The notes under the pieces were generated by a model. That model ran no database searches, was not told where the DNA came from, and saw only the letters and a program-made list of their open reading frames with translations. The position numbers were made by a program, and so were the translations under genes. This document shows positions 36,654 through 45,509 of a stretch of 64,000 nt of DNA, piece by piece (the first letter of the stretch is position 1; the number at the start of each line of letters is the position of its first letter). Location of the stretch: IMG/VR virus record IMGVR_UViG_3300043773_000356, positions 1,067 through 65,066 of that record; one strand, written 5' to 3'. Source of the DNA: a virus. Lineage: Duplodnaviria > Caudoviricetes.

Positions 36654-37552
36654 CCACTCACGATAAGAGCACCAAAGGAGTGAAGTGAGTCAGTATCCGC
36701 GAGAGAACCACGCAGATTGAACGAGTCAATGTTGCCGAGAGAACCAAGGCAAGTGAACGAGTCAGATGCCGCAAGAGAACCAAACTGCTGAAACGAGTCA
36801 GGTCGAATGAGAGAACCAATTGATCCGAACGAGTCATTGAACTTGAGAGCACCAAACGAGATAAACGAGTCAGGACTTATGAGAGAACCAGGGGCTTGAA
36901 ACGAGTCTATCGAGGCAAGAGAACCAGGGAGGTCAAACGAGTCAATCCGGAGAAGAGAACCAAGTTTTAAGAACGAGTCAATGACCAAGAAGAGAACCAA
37001 GGAATTAGAACGAGTCAGTGAGTACGAGAGAACCATTGAAAGTGAACGAGTCATGAGCAGCAAGAGAACCTTAAACGTAGAACGAGTCACGGCTTCGGAG
37101 AGAACCAGAGGAAGTAAACGAGTCACGACAGTTAATAGAAACAAGCGCGTCAAACGAGTCATTGTGAACAAGAGAACCAAGATAGGAAAACGAGTCATCA
37201 GTTAGGAGAGAACCACTTCGAAAGAACGAGTCAAAGCTTCCGAGAGAACCGATATATAAGAACGAGTCAGGCCAACCAAGAGAACCACATTACGCGAACG
37301 AGTCAAAGAGGTAGAGAGAACCACGAACGAAGAACGAGTCACTACCTTGAAGAGCACCAACCCATAACAACGAATCAAATATCGGAGTAGAACCAACTGG
37401 CAAGAATGAGTCCTTTGACCAGAGAGAGCCATAACTCATGAACGAATCAGGAAAATTGAGAGAGCCGTGTGTGCTGAATGAGTCAAAATGAGCAAGAGAA
37501 CCATTAGAGCTAAACGAGTCAGATCACGCAAGAGAACCACGTTACCAAAACG
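36651..37552 (+). ncRNA. TIGR array (tandem interspaced guide RNAs), ~25 units of 36 nt
   Basis: Alternating 9-nt repeats AGAGAACCA (25 copies, 36666 to 37531) and AACGAGTCA (24 copies, plus degenerate ends), separated by unique 9-nt spacers. One unit is 37 nt. Confidence 0.92.
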
Positions 37553-37573
37553 TTTTATAACAAGGAGTAAGAA

Positions 37574-37753
37574 ATGACTAGAGAAGAATTACGTGATGAG
37601 TTTGCTAAAGCTGCCATCACAGGAATACTCGCGGGAAAGTGGGGGCAGATGCCACAGTACAAACCAGAAGAAGCGTTTGCAGATTTTGCATACCGCGTAG
37701 CAGATGAAATGATTAAACGGAGAAGTAAACATGTCGATGATGAATCTAAATAA
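37574..37753 (+). CDS. Small phage protein (RDxFA...AYxxADxM family)
   Basis: Read manually: MTREELRDEFAKAAITG...AYRVADEMIKRR. AAGGAG RBS; paralog of 38495-38707. Confidence 0.7.
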   Translation: MTREELRDEFAKAAITGILAGKWGQMPQYKPEEAFADFAYRVADEMIKRRSKHVDDESK

Positions 37754-37970
37754 ACCCGCAGAAACGGAAACACAACCTATATTTGTTTTACACAACTTCC
37801 CTTACTACCCGCATTACAGCGACAAACATAAATGGGTTGGACCGGGACATTGGAAAAAGCGGGTGGAGTACACCACAACCGAGTTGGCTGCATTAGGTGC
37901 ACGTCTTACGACGATGCAGTTATGGAAACGATCATGGACGAATGAGGTGAAGGGATGGAAGATTTTATAG
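37731..37970 (+). CDS. Hypothetical protein
   Basis: GGAG RBS; overlaps neighbours. Confidence 0.55.
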   Translation: MSMMNLNKPAETETQPIFVLHNFPYYPHYSDKHKWVGPGHWKKRVEYTTTELAALGARLTTMQLWKRSWTNEVKGWKIL

Positions 37971-38098
37971 TTTGGATGGGTGGGTTCCTTGTTGGTTTCT
38001 TAGTCGGTGTCATCAGAGGGCGGCGCAGCATTGTGCGCGAGGCACAAGAATTGGTTGCTGAAGCTATTATGGAAATTAGAAAGGGGCACAAGGTATGA
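37955..38098 (+). CDS. Small membrane protein (47 aa)
   Basis: Read manually: MEDFIVWMGGFLVGFLVGVIRGRR...; ATGA overlap with the next gene. Confidence 0.55.
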   Translation: MEDFIVWMGGFLVGFLVGVIRGRRSIVREAQELVAEAIMEIRKGHKV

Positions 38099-38316
38099 AC
38101 GATCCCGTAAACCATCCTAAGCATTACACCGAGCACCCTAGCGGTGTGGAGTGCATCGAGATTACCGAGCACATGAATTTTTGTGTGGGTAACGCTATAA
38201 AATATTTGTGGCGAGCTGGCCTGAAAGGTGAGCAGGTTGAGGACTTGCGTAAAGCACGTTGGTATATCGACCGCGAGATTGCACGAATACTAAACAACGC
38301 AGGGGAAAAAGAATGA
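38095..38316 (+). CDS. DUF3310 (T7 gp1.7/SaV-like) protein
   Basis: DPVNHPKHY...ECIEI...GNAIKYLWRAGLKG...EDLRKARWY. Confidence 0.85.
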   Translation: MNDPVNHPKHYTEHPSGVECIEITEHMNFCVGNAIKYLWRAGLKGEQVEDLRKARWYIDREIARILNNAGEKE

Positions 38317-38498
38317 GCCCTGATTATAAGTTCGCCATGCTTGCCGCATGGCTTGAGGGTTACGCCGAAGGCTTGCCTGATTACTGTACTGCTGAGAAGT
38401 TCAAGATAAAGGAGGCAGCAGAACTGCTGATGGAAGTGTACGAGCAGCGTATGAAGGAGAAAGAAACATGGAAACAACATGCGGGGGATCGAGCATGA
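38313..38498 (+). CDS. Hypothetical protein
   Basis: ATGA-coupled (MSPDYK...). Confidence 0.55.
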   Translation: MSPDYKFAMLAAWLEGYAEGLPDYCTAEKFKIKEAAELLMEVYEQRMKEKETWKQHAGDRA

Positions 38499-38707
38499 GT
38501 GAAAACAAAACAGCAAAGACACCAACAGATGGTGGGGCAGCGTTTCCCGTCGCACATTCGTACCTAATCCAATCAGGCATGTCCCTGCGTGATTACTTTG
38601 CAGGGAAGGCGATGCAAGCACTGGCGCAGCCTGGGAATTATTTTGATGCAACCGCGAAGCAGGCTTACATGATTGCAGACGCGATGCTGAAAGCGAGGGA
38701 TCGATGA
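38495..38707 (+). CDS. Small phage protein
   Basis: GGAAFP...GMSLRDYFAGKAMQ...AYMIADAMLKAR. Confidence 0.75.
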   Translation: MSENKTAKTPTDGGAAFPVAHSYLIQSGMSLRDYFAGKAMQALAQPGNYFDATAKQAYMIADAMLKARDR

Positions 38708-38976
38708 GCAGAAAAGCTATGCAGGTGGCGCTTGAGGCGTTGGAGAGTGATCCAATAAGTCATGCTGGGCTTGTGACCGTATTATCGTCCGGTAAAGGTA
38801 CGGGTTGCGGGTACACAAACATTAATGAAAACTGGACACATCTTTACAACGCACCACAAAAGCGTGAATGGGTTGGGCTGACGGATGAGGACATGGAAGC
38901 ACTTTTCTTGAATGAGGACGGTGTGAGGTTTGCCCGATACATCGAAGCCAAGCTGCGGGAGAAGAATCATGGATAG
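38704..38976 (+). CDS. Hypothetical protein, family A copy 1
   Basis: MSRKAMQVALEALE...PQKREWVGLTDE...EKNHG. Confidence 0.7.
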   Translation: MSRKAMQVALEALESDPISHAGLVTVLSSGKGTGCGYTNINENWTHLYNAPQKREWVGLTDEDMEALFLNEDGVRFARYIEAKLREKNHG

Positions 38977-39196
38977 AGAAGACATCATCCGCATGGCGCG
39001 AGAGGCTGGGCTTGGTGACACCGGTGTGCGAGGAGCCTTCATTTTCTTTCAACCTGGAACAAATGGGCTTGAACGCTTCGCTACCCTTGTCGCCGCTGCC
39101 GAGCGTGAGGCGTGTGCTTCCATTTGTTTTCAAGAGGGGCCGTCAATAGACGGGGAGCTGATCGCGGAAGCCATACGAGCAAGGGGAAACACATGA
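38969..39196 (+). CDS. Hypothetical protein, family B copy 1
   Basis: MDREDIIRMAREAG...AAEREACA...AIRARG. Confidence 0.7.
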   Translation: MDREDIIRMAREAGLGDTGVRGAFIFFQPGTNGLERFATLVAAAEREACASICFQEGPSIDGELIAEAIRARGNT

Positions 39197-39573
39197 GCAG
39201 AAAAGCTATGCAGGTGGCGCTAGAAGCGCTGGAGTTGTACCAAAGCAAAAGCAGCGTTCAAATGTTTGACGATGCCGTTAAAGCCCTGCGCCAAGCACTG
39301 GAGACAGAGCAAGAACCGGTGTGTTGGACTGTTGCCGATGGATGGGTTTATGCCAACGACACGAGCCAAATTGGTACTTCAAAGGAAGTTAATTGGCAGA
39401 CCCTCTACACCGCCCCACAAAAGCGTGAATGGGTTGGGCTGACGGATGAGGAGATTGATGACTTGAGTTATCTATTCCAGAAAATCGACGAAAGTAATGA
39501 AACGTGGTTTGATCGTTTGGGTTTTGCCCGTGCCGTTGAGCAAGCCTTGAAGGAGAAGAATCATGGACATTGA
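39193..39573 (+). CDS. Hypothetical protein, family A copy 2
   Basis: MSRKAMQVALEALE...PQKREWVGLTDE...EKNHG; ATG at 39193. Confidence 0.7.
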   Translation: MSRKAMQVALEALELYQSKSSVQMFDDAVKALRQALETEQEPVCWTVADGWVYANDTSQIGTSKEVNWQTLYTAPQKREWVGLTDEEIDDLSYLFQKIDESNETWFDRLGFARAVEQALKEKNHGH

Positions 39574-39811
39574 GCAGATTAGAGTACGGATTATGTCCGA
39601 AGCCTACGACCTTGCGGACCGAGGCGATCACGAGGGGTACAACGCCATCAAGGTGATGTGCGGTGATGTGTTGGAATCAATAGCTGCTGTCGTCGCTGCT
39701 GAGCGTGAAGAGTGTGCGAAGGTGTGTGATGTGCTTGCTGTACATCCTGAATATGCGTCAGACATTACAAAGGTGGCCGCGCAAGCAATCCGAGCAAGGG
39801 GAGACAGATGA
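39563..39811 (+). CDS. Hypothetical protein, family B copy 2
   Basis: AAEREECA...AIRARG. Confidence 0.7.
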   Translation: MDIEQIRVRIMSEAYDLADRGDHEGYNAIKVMCGDVLESIAAVVAAEREECAKVCDVLAVHPEYASDITKVAAQAIRARGDR

Positions 39812-40077
39812 AATTCAGAAAAAAGCCCGTGGTCATCGAGGCCACACAATGGTTCAAACACGGCGACCATCCGATGGTGAAAAAACGCATGATTGGGGAC
39901 GGCATCAGCGACAAGTGGATTGAATCCGACACGGGCTGGATTGACACACTTGAAGGCGGTCACATCGTCACCCCCGGCGATTGGATCATCACAGGCGTGA
40001 AGGGCGAACACTACCCGTGCAAGCCCGACATCTTTGACATGACCTATGAAAGGGTGGAAGCAAGGGGGGAGAAATGA
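39808..40077 (+). CDS. Conserved phage protein (PGDYG-like)
   Basis: FRKKPVVIEA.QW...IDTLEG...PGDWIITGVKGEHYPCKPDIF..TYE. Confidence 0.8.
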   Translation: MKFRKKPVVIEATQWFKHGDHPMVKKRMIGDGISDKWIESDTGWIDTLEGGHIVTPGDWIITGVKGEHYPCKPDIFDMTYERVEARGEK

Positions 40078-40343
40078 GTGGCGATCACAACATGCACCAG
40101 AAAAATAAAGGCAGTAAGAAAGGACTGTTCGATGACGTACCCCTTGTTAACCCCGAACGAGACAAAGCGTGGGGGGCATTCATCAAGCGTAAAGATGTTA
40201 AAGCAATGATGAAACACAAAGAAGATTTCAAGTTTCCGCTCGATGGGTCATATGACCTGTGGTGTATCGCTTGGGAGAAGGCTTGGCATGAAGGTTTTGT
40301 TGAAGGTTGGAAAGCAGCAGGAGGAAAAACCCGTGAACCCTGA
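40074..40343 (+). CDS. Hypothetical protein
   Basis: ATGA-coupled. Confidence 0.6.
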   Translation: MSGDHNMHQKNKGSKKGLFDDVPLVNPERDKAWGAFIKRKDVKAMMKHKEDFKFPLDGSYDLWCIAWEKAWHEGFVEGWKAAGGKTREP

Positions 40344-40530
40344 TACAAAAGTTCTTATCAAAGACACGGGGGAGGTGGGATACTTTATTAAGGAAGATGG
40401 TGACTTTTACTACCTGCGGATACCCCAGACAGATTGGCCGTTCCCTGTATACGCATACGTTAATAAAAAACGAGTTAAACGGTTGAAGGTCAATAAAGAA
40501 CCAACCAATATAGAGGAAGCACCTTTTTAG
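40333..40530 (+). CDS. Hypothetical protein
   Basis: GTG at 40333 after GGAGG; ends EEAPF. Confidence 0.55.
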   Translation: MNPDTKVLIKDTGEVGYFIKEDGDFYYLRIPQTDWPFPVYAYVNKKRVKRLKVNKEPTNIEEAPF

Positions 40531-40541
40531 GAGAAGATGAA

Positions 40542-40880
40542 ATGAGTGACCACGAAGGTTTAGCTATTGGGCATTCAATGGCAGAAGTAGCCGCAGACAA
40601 TGCAGGGGAAGCATGGAGGGCTGAAGCTTATGCAGCGTTCAGAAAACATGCCATACATAACCTAATCTTTACTACCGAAGATGTCCGTAGGGCTAACGAA
40701 GACATGCCCCGCCCACCAGACACACGGGCTTGGGGGGCTATTGCACGTCGCGCTATTAGAGACAACATCATAGAATTTTTTACTTTAATGCACTCAACAA
40801 ACAGATCAACACACGGGCGATTAATTACAAAATGGCGCTCAACTATATACAGGGGCAAGGATGAATCTAATAACAATTGA
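40542..40880 (+). CDS. Hypothetical protein
   Basis: TAGGAG RBS; FTTEDVR...RAWGAI. Confidence 0.65.
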   Translation: MSDHEGLAIGHSMAEVAADNAGEAWRAEAYAAFRKHAIHNLIFTTEDVRRANEDMPRPPDTRAWGAIARRAIRDNIIEFFTLMHSTNRSTHGRLITKWRSTIYRGKDESNNN

Positions 40881-42690
40881 TTTTGAAACTTATTACAGTC
40901 GCGAATACTCACTATCCAAAATGACGACGGAGGAGTACATACGCAGTCCGTTCTTTGAAGTCATCGGTGTAGCGGTTAAGGTAAACGACAACCAGACGGA
41001 GTGGGCAAGTGGGACACACGAACAGCTCAAGGCTTGGCTTCATACATTCAACTGGCAGGACAGTCTTGGGCTTGCTCACAATGCTATGTTTGACGGTGCC
41101 ATTCTTAATTGGGTGTTTGATCTGCGTCCTAAGTTGTGGCTTGACACTTTATCTATGGCGAGGGCTCTGCACGGTGTCGAGGTGGGTGGCTCGCTGAAAG
41201 CTTTAGCCGAACGTCATAACGCCGGAGTCAAAGGCGATGAGGTCATCAACGCGATAGGTTTAAGAAGGATAGACTTTTCAGAAAGTCAGCTCGCTGCCTA
41301 CGGGGACTACTGTATCAACGATGTTGATATTACCCATACATTATTTAACCGGATGTGGGTGGGCAGAAGTTTTCCGAAGAAAGAAATCCAGCTTATTGAT
41401 CTGACCCTGCGTATGTTCACCGAGCCTACGCTACGCTTGGATAAAGATCTTTTACAGCAGCATCTTGATGACGTTCGCCTGCGAAAGGAAAAATTGTTAA
41501 CGGATGCGAACATCAACAAAGAAGATCTGATGAGCAACCCGAAGTTTGCAGAGGTGTTGCGGTCATTCGGTGTCGAGCCCCCGATGAAAGAGAGCCCTGC
41601 CACGGGGCAACCCACGTTTGCATTTGCGAAGAACGACGAAGATTTCAAGGCATTGATGGAACACCCTGACGAGCGAGTGCAAGCAGCGGTGGCTGCGAGA
41701 ATCGGGGCGAAGTCTACCTTGGAGGAGACGCGGACGGAGCGGTTTATCGGGATCGCTGAGCGTGGACTGATGCCAGTTCCCCTGAAATATTATGCTGCCC
41801 ACACGGGTCGGTGGGGCGGGTCGGACAACCTGAACCTGCAAAATTTACCGAGTCGAGGCGCAGACGCAGGGAAGCTTAAGAAAGCAATCCTCGCACCGGA
41901 AGGGTTCAAGATTATCGATGCCGATTCTTCACAGATTGAGGCAAGGGTGCTTGCATGGTTGGCTGAGCAGAACGATCTGGTGGAAGCTTTTGCCAAGAAG
42001 GAAGATGTTTATAAGAAGATGGCAAGTGCGATCTACGGGGTGCCTGAAGATCAAGTCACCAAAGAGCAGCGGTTTGTCGGCAAGACTACAATTCTCGGTG
42101 CCGGATACGGCATGGGTGCTATCAAGTTTCAGGCGCAGCTAAAGACGATGGGTGCTGAGGTGGAGCTTGATGAATGTCGTCGGATCATTCAGGTGTATCG
42201 GGACACCAACCCACAAATTGTTTATCTGTGGCAGCAAGCGCAGGTCATGCTCGCAAGTATGGTTAACAATGAAGTCGCACCGCTTGGACGTAAAGGTGTG
42301 TTAACGGTGGTGCCTAGACATAAGGCGATTAAACTGCCTAGTGGGTTGATGATGCGCTATGACGAGTTATCGTACAGTGAGACTGACAAGGGGTTGCAGT
42401 TCGCATATAAAACCCGCAAAGGCATCGTGAAGATTTACGGTGGTAAAGTAATCGAGAACGTCTGCCAAGCTATCGCTCGGTGCATCATTGGTGAACAGAT
42501 GCTGCGGATCTCCCGCAAGTACCGAGTGGTGATGACGGTGCATGATGCGATTGCATGTGTGGTGCCTGAAGCTGAGGTCGCAGAGGGCGTGGCGTTTGTT
42601 GAAGAGTGTATGCGGTGGACCCCTGAATGGGCTAACGGTTTACCGATTAATTGTGAATCAGGATATGGGGATAGTTATGGTGATTGCTGA
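40861..42690 (+). CDS. polA: DNA polymerase family A with 3'-5' exonuclease
   Basis: Exonuclease motifs IDFET, AHNAMFD and YCINDV; HTGRW; motif A DSSQIEARV; motif B RFVGKTTILGAGYG; motif C TVHDA. Confidence 0.95.
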   Translation: MNLITIDFETYYSREYSLSKMTTEEYIRSPFFEVIGVAVKVNDNQTEWASGTHEQLKAWLHTFNWQDSLGLAHNAMFDGAILNWVFDLRPKLWLDTLSMARALHGVEVGGSLKALAERHNAGVKGDEVINAIGLRRIDFSESQLAAYGDYCINDVDITHTLFNRMWVGRSFPKKEIQLIDLTLRMFTEPTLRLDKDLLQQHLDDVRLRKEKLLTDANINKEDLMSNPKFAEVLRSFGVEPPMKESPATGQPTFAFAKNDEDFKALMEHPDERVQAAVAARIGAKSTLEETRTERFIGIAERGLMPVPLKYYAAHTGRWGGSDNLNLQNLPSRGADAGKLKKAILAPEGFKIIDADSSQIEARVLAWLAEQNDLVEAFAKKEDVYKKMASAIYGVPEDQVTKEQRFVGKTTILGAGYGMGAIKFQAQLKTMGAEVELDECRRIIQVYRDTNPQIVYLWQQAQVMLASMVNNEVAPLGRKGVLTVVPRHKAIKLPSGLMMRYDELSYSETDKGLQFAYKTRKGIVKIYGGKVIENVCQAIARCIIGEQMLRISRKYRVVMTVHDAIACVVPEAEVAEGVAFVEECMRWTPEWANGLPINCESGYGDSYGDC

Positions 42691-42982
42691 TTTGAATGAT
42701 CATGTTGTACCGATGATAGAAGCTGAGAAAGAACTGAAGTTGGTGAAAGCCGAACTACTTGAAAACAATTATATAAAAGCGTATGGTCATATCCTCACAG
42801 CCTTGGTAGCCCTGCGTCATGCAAGAGATCTTATCGCAACAAAATCAAAAGATTCCTCCGTGGAGTTTCAGCAGCATCAAACTGTACGATCAGTGCCCGA
42901 GGAAATACTTTCATCTGAGGGTAGCCAAGGACATAACGGAGCCCTCAACGGAAGCTCTGCTTTACGGGTCAAGGTTTCATGA
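42677..42982 (+). CDS. Hypothetical protein (C-terminal half overlaps next gene)
   Basis: ATG at 42677 after GGGGA; the helical N-terminal half fills the polA-nuclease gap. Confidence 0.4.
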   Translation: MVIADLNDHVVPMIEAEKELKLVKAELLENNYIKAYGHILTALVALRHARDLIATKSKDSSVEFQQHQTVRSVPEEILSSEGSQGHNGALNGSSALRVKVS

Positions 42983-43517
42983 AGCGGCAGAGTTATACAT
43001 CCGTGACGGCACACCCATGCCGGAATACTTCATGTTTGCCAAAGATGCGTTAGATCGACTCAATGCCATCAAAGGTGAAAAGCTTTGCGAATATAAGATG
43101 GGTATCACGGCGGACCTGGAACCCTGTTCGTTTACCGATAAAAATGTTTGGTGGCGTGGGGTTGTGGATCTGGCGATCCTGGATCGAGAAAACGGGAAGG
43201 CGTATGTCGTTGACTACAAGACCGGGAAGTCTGCACGGTATGCTGACAAGGATCAGTTAGAACTTATGGCGCTTGCAATCTTTAAGCACTTCCCCGAGAT
43301 CACTAAGATCAATGCAGGGTTGCTGTTTGTGGTGTGTAACGCGCTTGTGAAAGAAAAATATAGCGTGGATCAGCAGGACACGGCATGGGAAAAATGGATG
43401 GGTGAGTACGACAAGCTGACCCAAAGTTACGCAGATAATGTGTGGAACCCGAAGCCAAGCGGACTGTGCAGGAACCACTGTGCTGTGCTAAGTTGCCCCC
43501 ACAACGGACGGAACTGA
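42819..43517 (+). CDS. Cas4/RecB-like PD-(D/E)XK exonuclease
   Basis: WSFSSIK...QCPRKY, GSRFHE, RGVVDL...VVDYKTGK, QLELMA and C-terminal C..HC....C (Fe-S-type cysteines). Confidence 0.85.
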   Translation: MQEILSQQNQKIPPWSFSSIKLYDQCPRKYFHLRVAKDITEPSTEALLYGSRFHEAAELYIRDGTPMPEYFMFAKDALDRLNAIKGEKLCEYKMGITADLEPCSFTDKNVWWRGVVDLAILDRENGKAYVVDYKTGKSARYADKDQLELMALAIFKHFPEITKINAGLLFVVCNALVKEKYSVDQQDTAWEKWMGEYDKLTQSYADNVWNPKPSGLCRNHCAVLSCPHNGRN

Positions 43518-43519
43518 CC

Positions 43520-43828
43520 ATGCCATACGTTAACAAATCACGACCTTATAAGAAAGAATACCAACAGCAGGTTGCCCGTGGCGAACTTGATGAGCGCATG
43601 GAACGGCAACGTGCACGTCGCGCCGTGGATAAGACCGGAGCTGACAACAACAAGAACGGCAAAGCCGACCGCCGTGAAGGTAAAGACATCGCGCACAAGG
43701 TTGCGTTGAGTAAAGGTGGCAGTAACAAAGACGGCTACAGTATCGCGCCGCCGTCCAAGAACCGATCATTCCGTAGGGATGCCAAGAGCAGACTTGTATC
43801 AGAAACAAGCAAACGCGAACGTAAGTAA
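43520..43828 (+). CDS. HNH-like basic protein
   Basis: GKDIAHKVALSKGGSN...SKNRS; ATG at 43520. Confidence 0.65.
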   Translation: MPYVNKSRPYKKEYQQQVARGELDERMERQRARRAVDKTGADNNKNGKADRREGKDIAHKVALSKGGSNKDGYSIAPPSKNRSFRRDAKSRLVSETSKRERK

Positions 43829-43915
43829 AGTAGTAAGCAGTAACAAGTTCTAGCTGTACATAACAAAGAGCATTGTGGACACCCACTTTGCTCGATAGTT
43901 TATTTGGAGAAACGA

Positions 43916-45472
43916 ATGCAGATCATCGAGAACAAAGCTTTACTGCTGAGCTTAAGCAAGCCGCAGCGGGTGTTGCAGGTCATACCAAAATCTAAGCTGT
44001 TAGATGATAACCGTGTCCTAGTGCGGTGGGGGTACGAGGAAGCCAAGGTACTGAAGAACCTGCGCATCCGAAACGTGCCATCACCCATTCTGCGGGACTA
44101 CGGCTGGCCCGGACGCTACCGACCCTTCGCACACCAGAAGACCACGGCATCATTCCTCACCCTCAATCAGAAGGCTTTCTGCTTTAACGAGCAGGGTACA
44201 GGCAAAACAGGCTCGGTCATCTGGGCAGCAGACTACTTGATGAAGCTTGGTGTGATTAGCCGAGTACTTGTTATCTGCCCACTATCCATTATGGATTCGG
44301 CGTGGCGAGGTGACTTGTTTAAGTTTGCTATGCACCGCAGCGTTGACATCGCTTACGGGTCATCGGATAAGCGCAGAAAAATTATTCAGAGTGATTCCGG
44401 ATTTATCATCATCAATTACGACGGCGTGGAGATCGTGGCCGACGCGATTGCACAGGGTGGCTTTGACCTGATTGTGGTGGACGAGGCTAACGCTTACAAG
44501 AATGCACAGACCAAACGGTGGAAGGTGCTCAACAAACTTGTTACCGCGAAGACGTGGCTTTGGATGCTGACAGGCACACCCGCAGCACAGTCTCCTACCG
44601 ATGCTTATGGGATCGCCAAGCTAGTCAACCCGGAGGGTGTACCTAAGTTTTTCACGAGCTTTAAAGATCGTGTGATGTACAAAGTTACCCAATTTAAATG
44701 GGTACCCAAACCTACGGCAACTGACATTGTTTTTAACGCGTTACAACCTGCAATACGTTATACGAAAGAGGAATGCCTAGATCTACCCGACATGATTTAT
44801 ACCGAGCGGGATGTAGAGCTTACCCCACAGCAGCGCAAGTATTACGACCTTATGCGTAAACAGTTCGTTGTTCAGGCGGCAGGGGAAGAGGTTACCGCAG
44901 TCAATGCAGCTATCAGCATCAACAAGCTGCTACAGATCTCATGTGGTGCGGTGTACTCAGACAGCGGGGAAGTCATTTCATTCGACATCAAGAACCGTTA
45001 CAAAGTTCTAACCGAGACCATTGACCAGACTAACAATAAGATTCTAGTGTTCGTACCCTTCAAACACACCATACGAATTTTAAAAGATGCACTGATAAAC
45101 GACGGACACAGTGTTGAAGTGATTGACGGTGACGTGCCCGCGCAGAAACGAGCCGATATTTTTCGTAAGTTTCAGACTGAGGATACACCCCGTATCCTGT
45201 TGATCCAACCGCAAGCCGCAGCGCATGGTGTAACGTTGACAGCCGCTGATACGATTGTGTGGTGGGGGCCGACCCCATCGTTGGAGATCTATGCACAGGC
45301 TAATGCACGAGCACACCGTGCAGGGCAGAAGCATCCGGTAACCGTTGTCAGGTTGCAGGGGAGCCGTGCAGAGAAACATCTGTATGACATGTTAGATAAA
45401 AGAATTGACAGTCACGAACAATTAGTTGATCTTTACAAAAATCTACTTGACATAGATAAAAAAGCGCAGTAA
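43916..45472 (+). CDS. SNF2-family helicase
   Basis: EQGTGKT, ICPLS, VVDEA, LTGTP, HGVTLTAA and QANARAHRAGQ. ATG at 43916. Confidence 0.92.
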   Translation: MQIIENKALLLSLSKPQRVLQVIPKSKLLDDNRVLVRWGYEEAKVLKNLRIRNVPSPILRDYGWPGRYRPFAHQKTTASFLTLNQKAFCFNEQGTGKTGSVIWAADYLMKLGVISRVLVICPLSIMDSAWRGDLFKFAMHRSVDIAYGSSDKRRKIIQSDSGFIIINYDGVEIVADAIAQGGFDLIVVDEANAYKNAQTKRWKVLNKLVTAKTWLWMLTGTPAAQSPTDAYGIAKLVNPEGVPKFFTSFKDRVMYKVTQFKWVPKPTATDIVFNALQPAIRYTKEECLDLPDMIYTERDVELTPQQRKYYDLMRKQFVVQAAGEEVTAVNAAISINKLLQISCGAVYSDSGEVISFDIKNRYKVLTETIDQTNNKILVFVPFKHTIRILKDALINDGHSVEVIDGDVPAQKRADIFRKFQTEDTPRILLIQPQAAAHGVTLTAADTIVWWGPTPSLEIYAQANARAHRAGQKHPVTVVRLQGSRAEKHLYDMLDKRIDSHEQLVDLYKNLLDIDKKAQ

Positions 45473-45475
45473 AGT
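45447..45475 (+). promoter_or_regulatory. Sigma70 promoter for replication genes
   Basis: TTGACA-N17-TAAAGT. Confidence 0.7.
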
Positions 45476-45509
45476 ACGCGCATAACTAGATTCTGTACTA
45501 CTTGGAGAA

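Noticed and set aside
36650-37432. ORFs 36650-37198 (-), 37202-37432 (-), 36658-36855 (-) and 36981-37205 (+) with 12-aa periodicity
   Set aside because: They are by-products of the 36-nt repeat period. The peptide pattern switches frame at the single 37-nt unit, and conservation is at the nucleotide rather than codon level.
36657-37548. Self-targeting of the phage genome by array spacers
   Set aside because: Spot checks of a few spacer pairs found no paired match. This was not exhaustive, and single 8-9-nt hits are expected by chance in 64 kb, so it needs computation.
36651-37552. CRISPR array interpretation
   Set aside because: Repeats and spacers are only 9 nt, two different repeats alternate, and there are no adjacent cas genes.
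42819-43517. Cas4-like nuclease as the spacer-acquisition enzyme for the array
   Set aside because: It lies in the ordinary replication module 5 kb away and such nucleases are common in phages without arrays; no sequence evidence links the two.
43869-43894. Hairpin GAGCA-TT-GTGG-ACAC-CCAC-TT-TGCTC upstream of the helicase
   Set aside because: It could be regulatory, but a single short interrupted stem is too weak to support without homologs.
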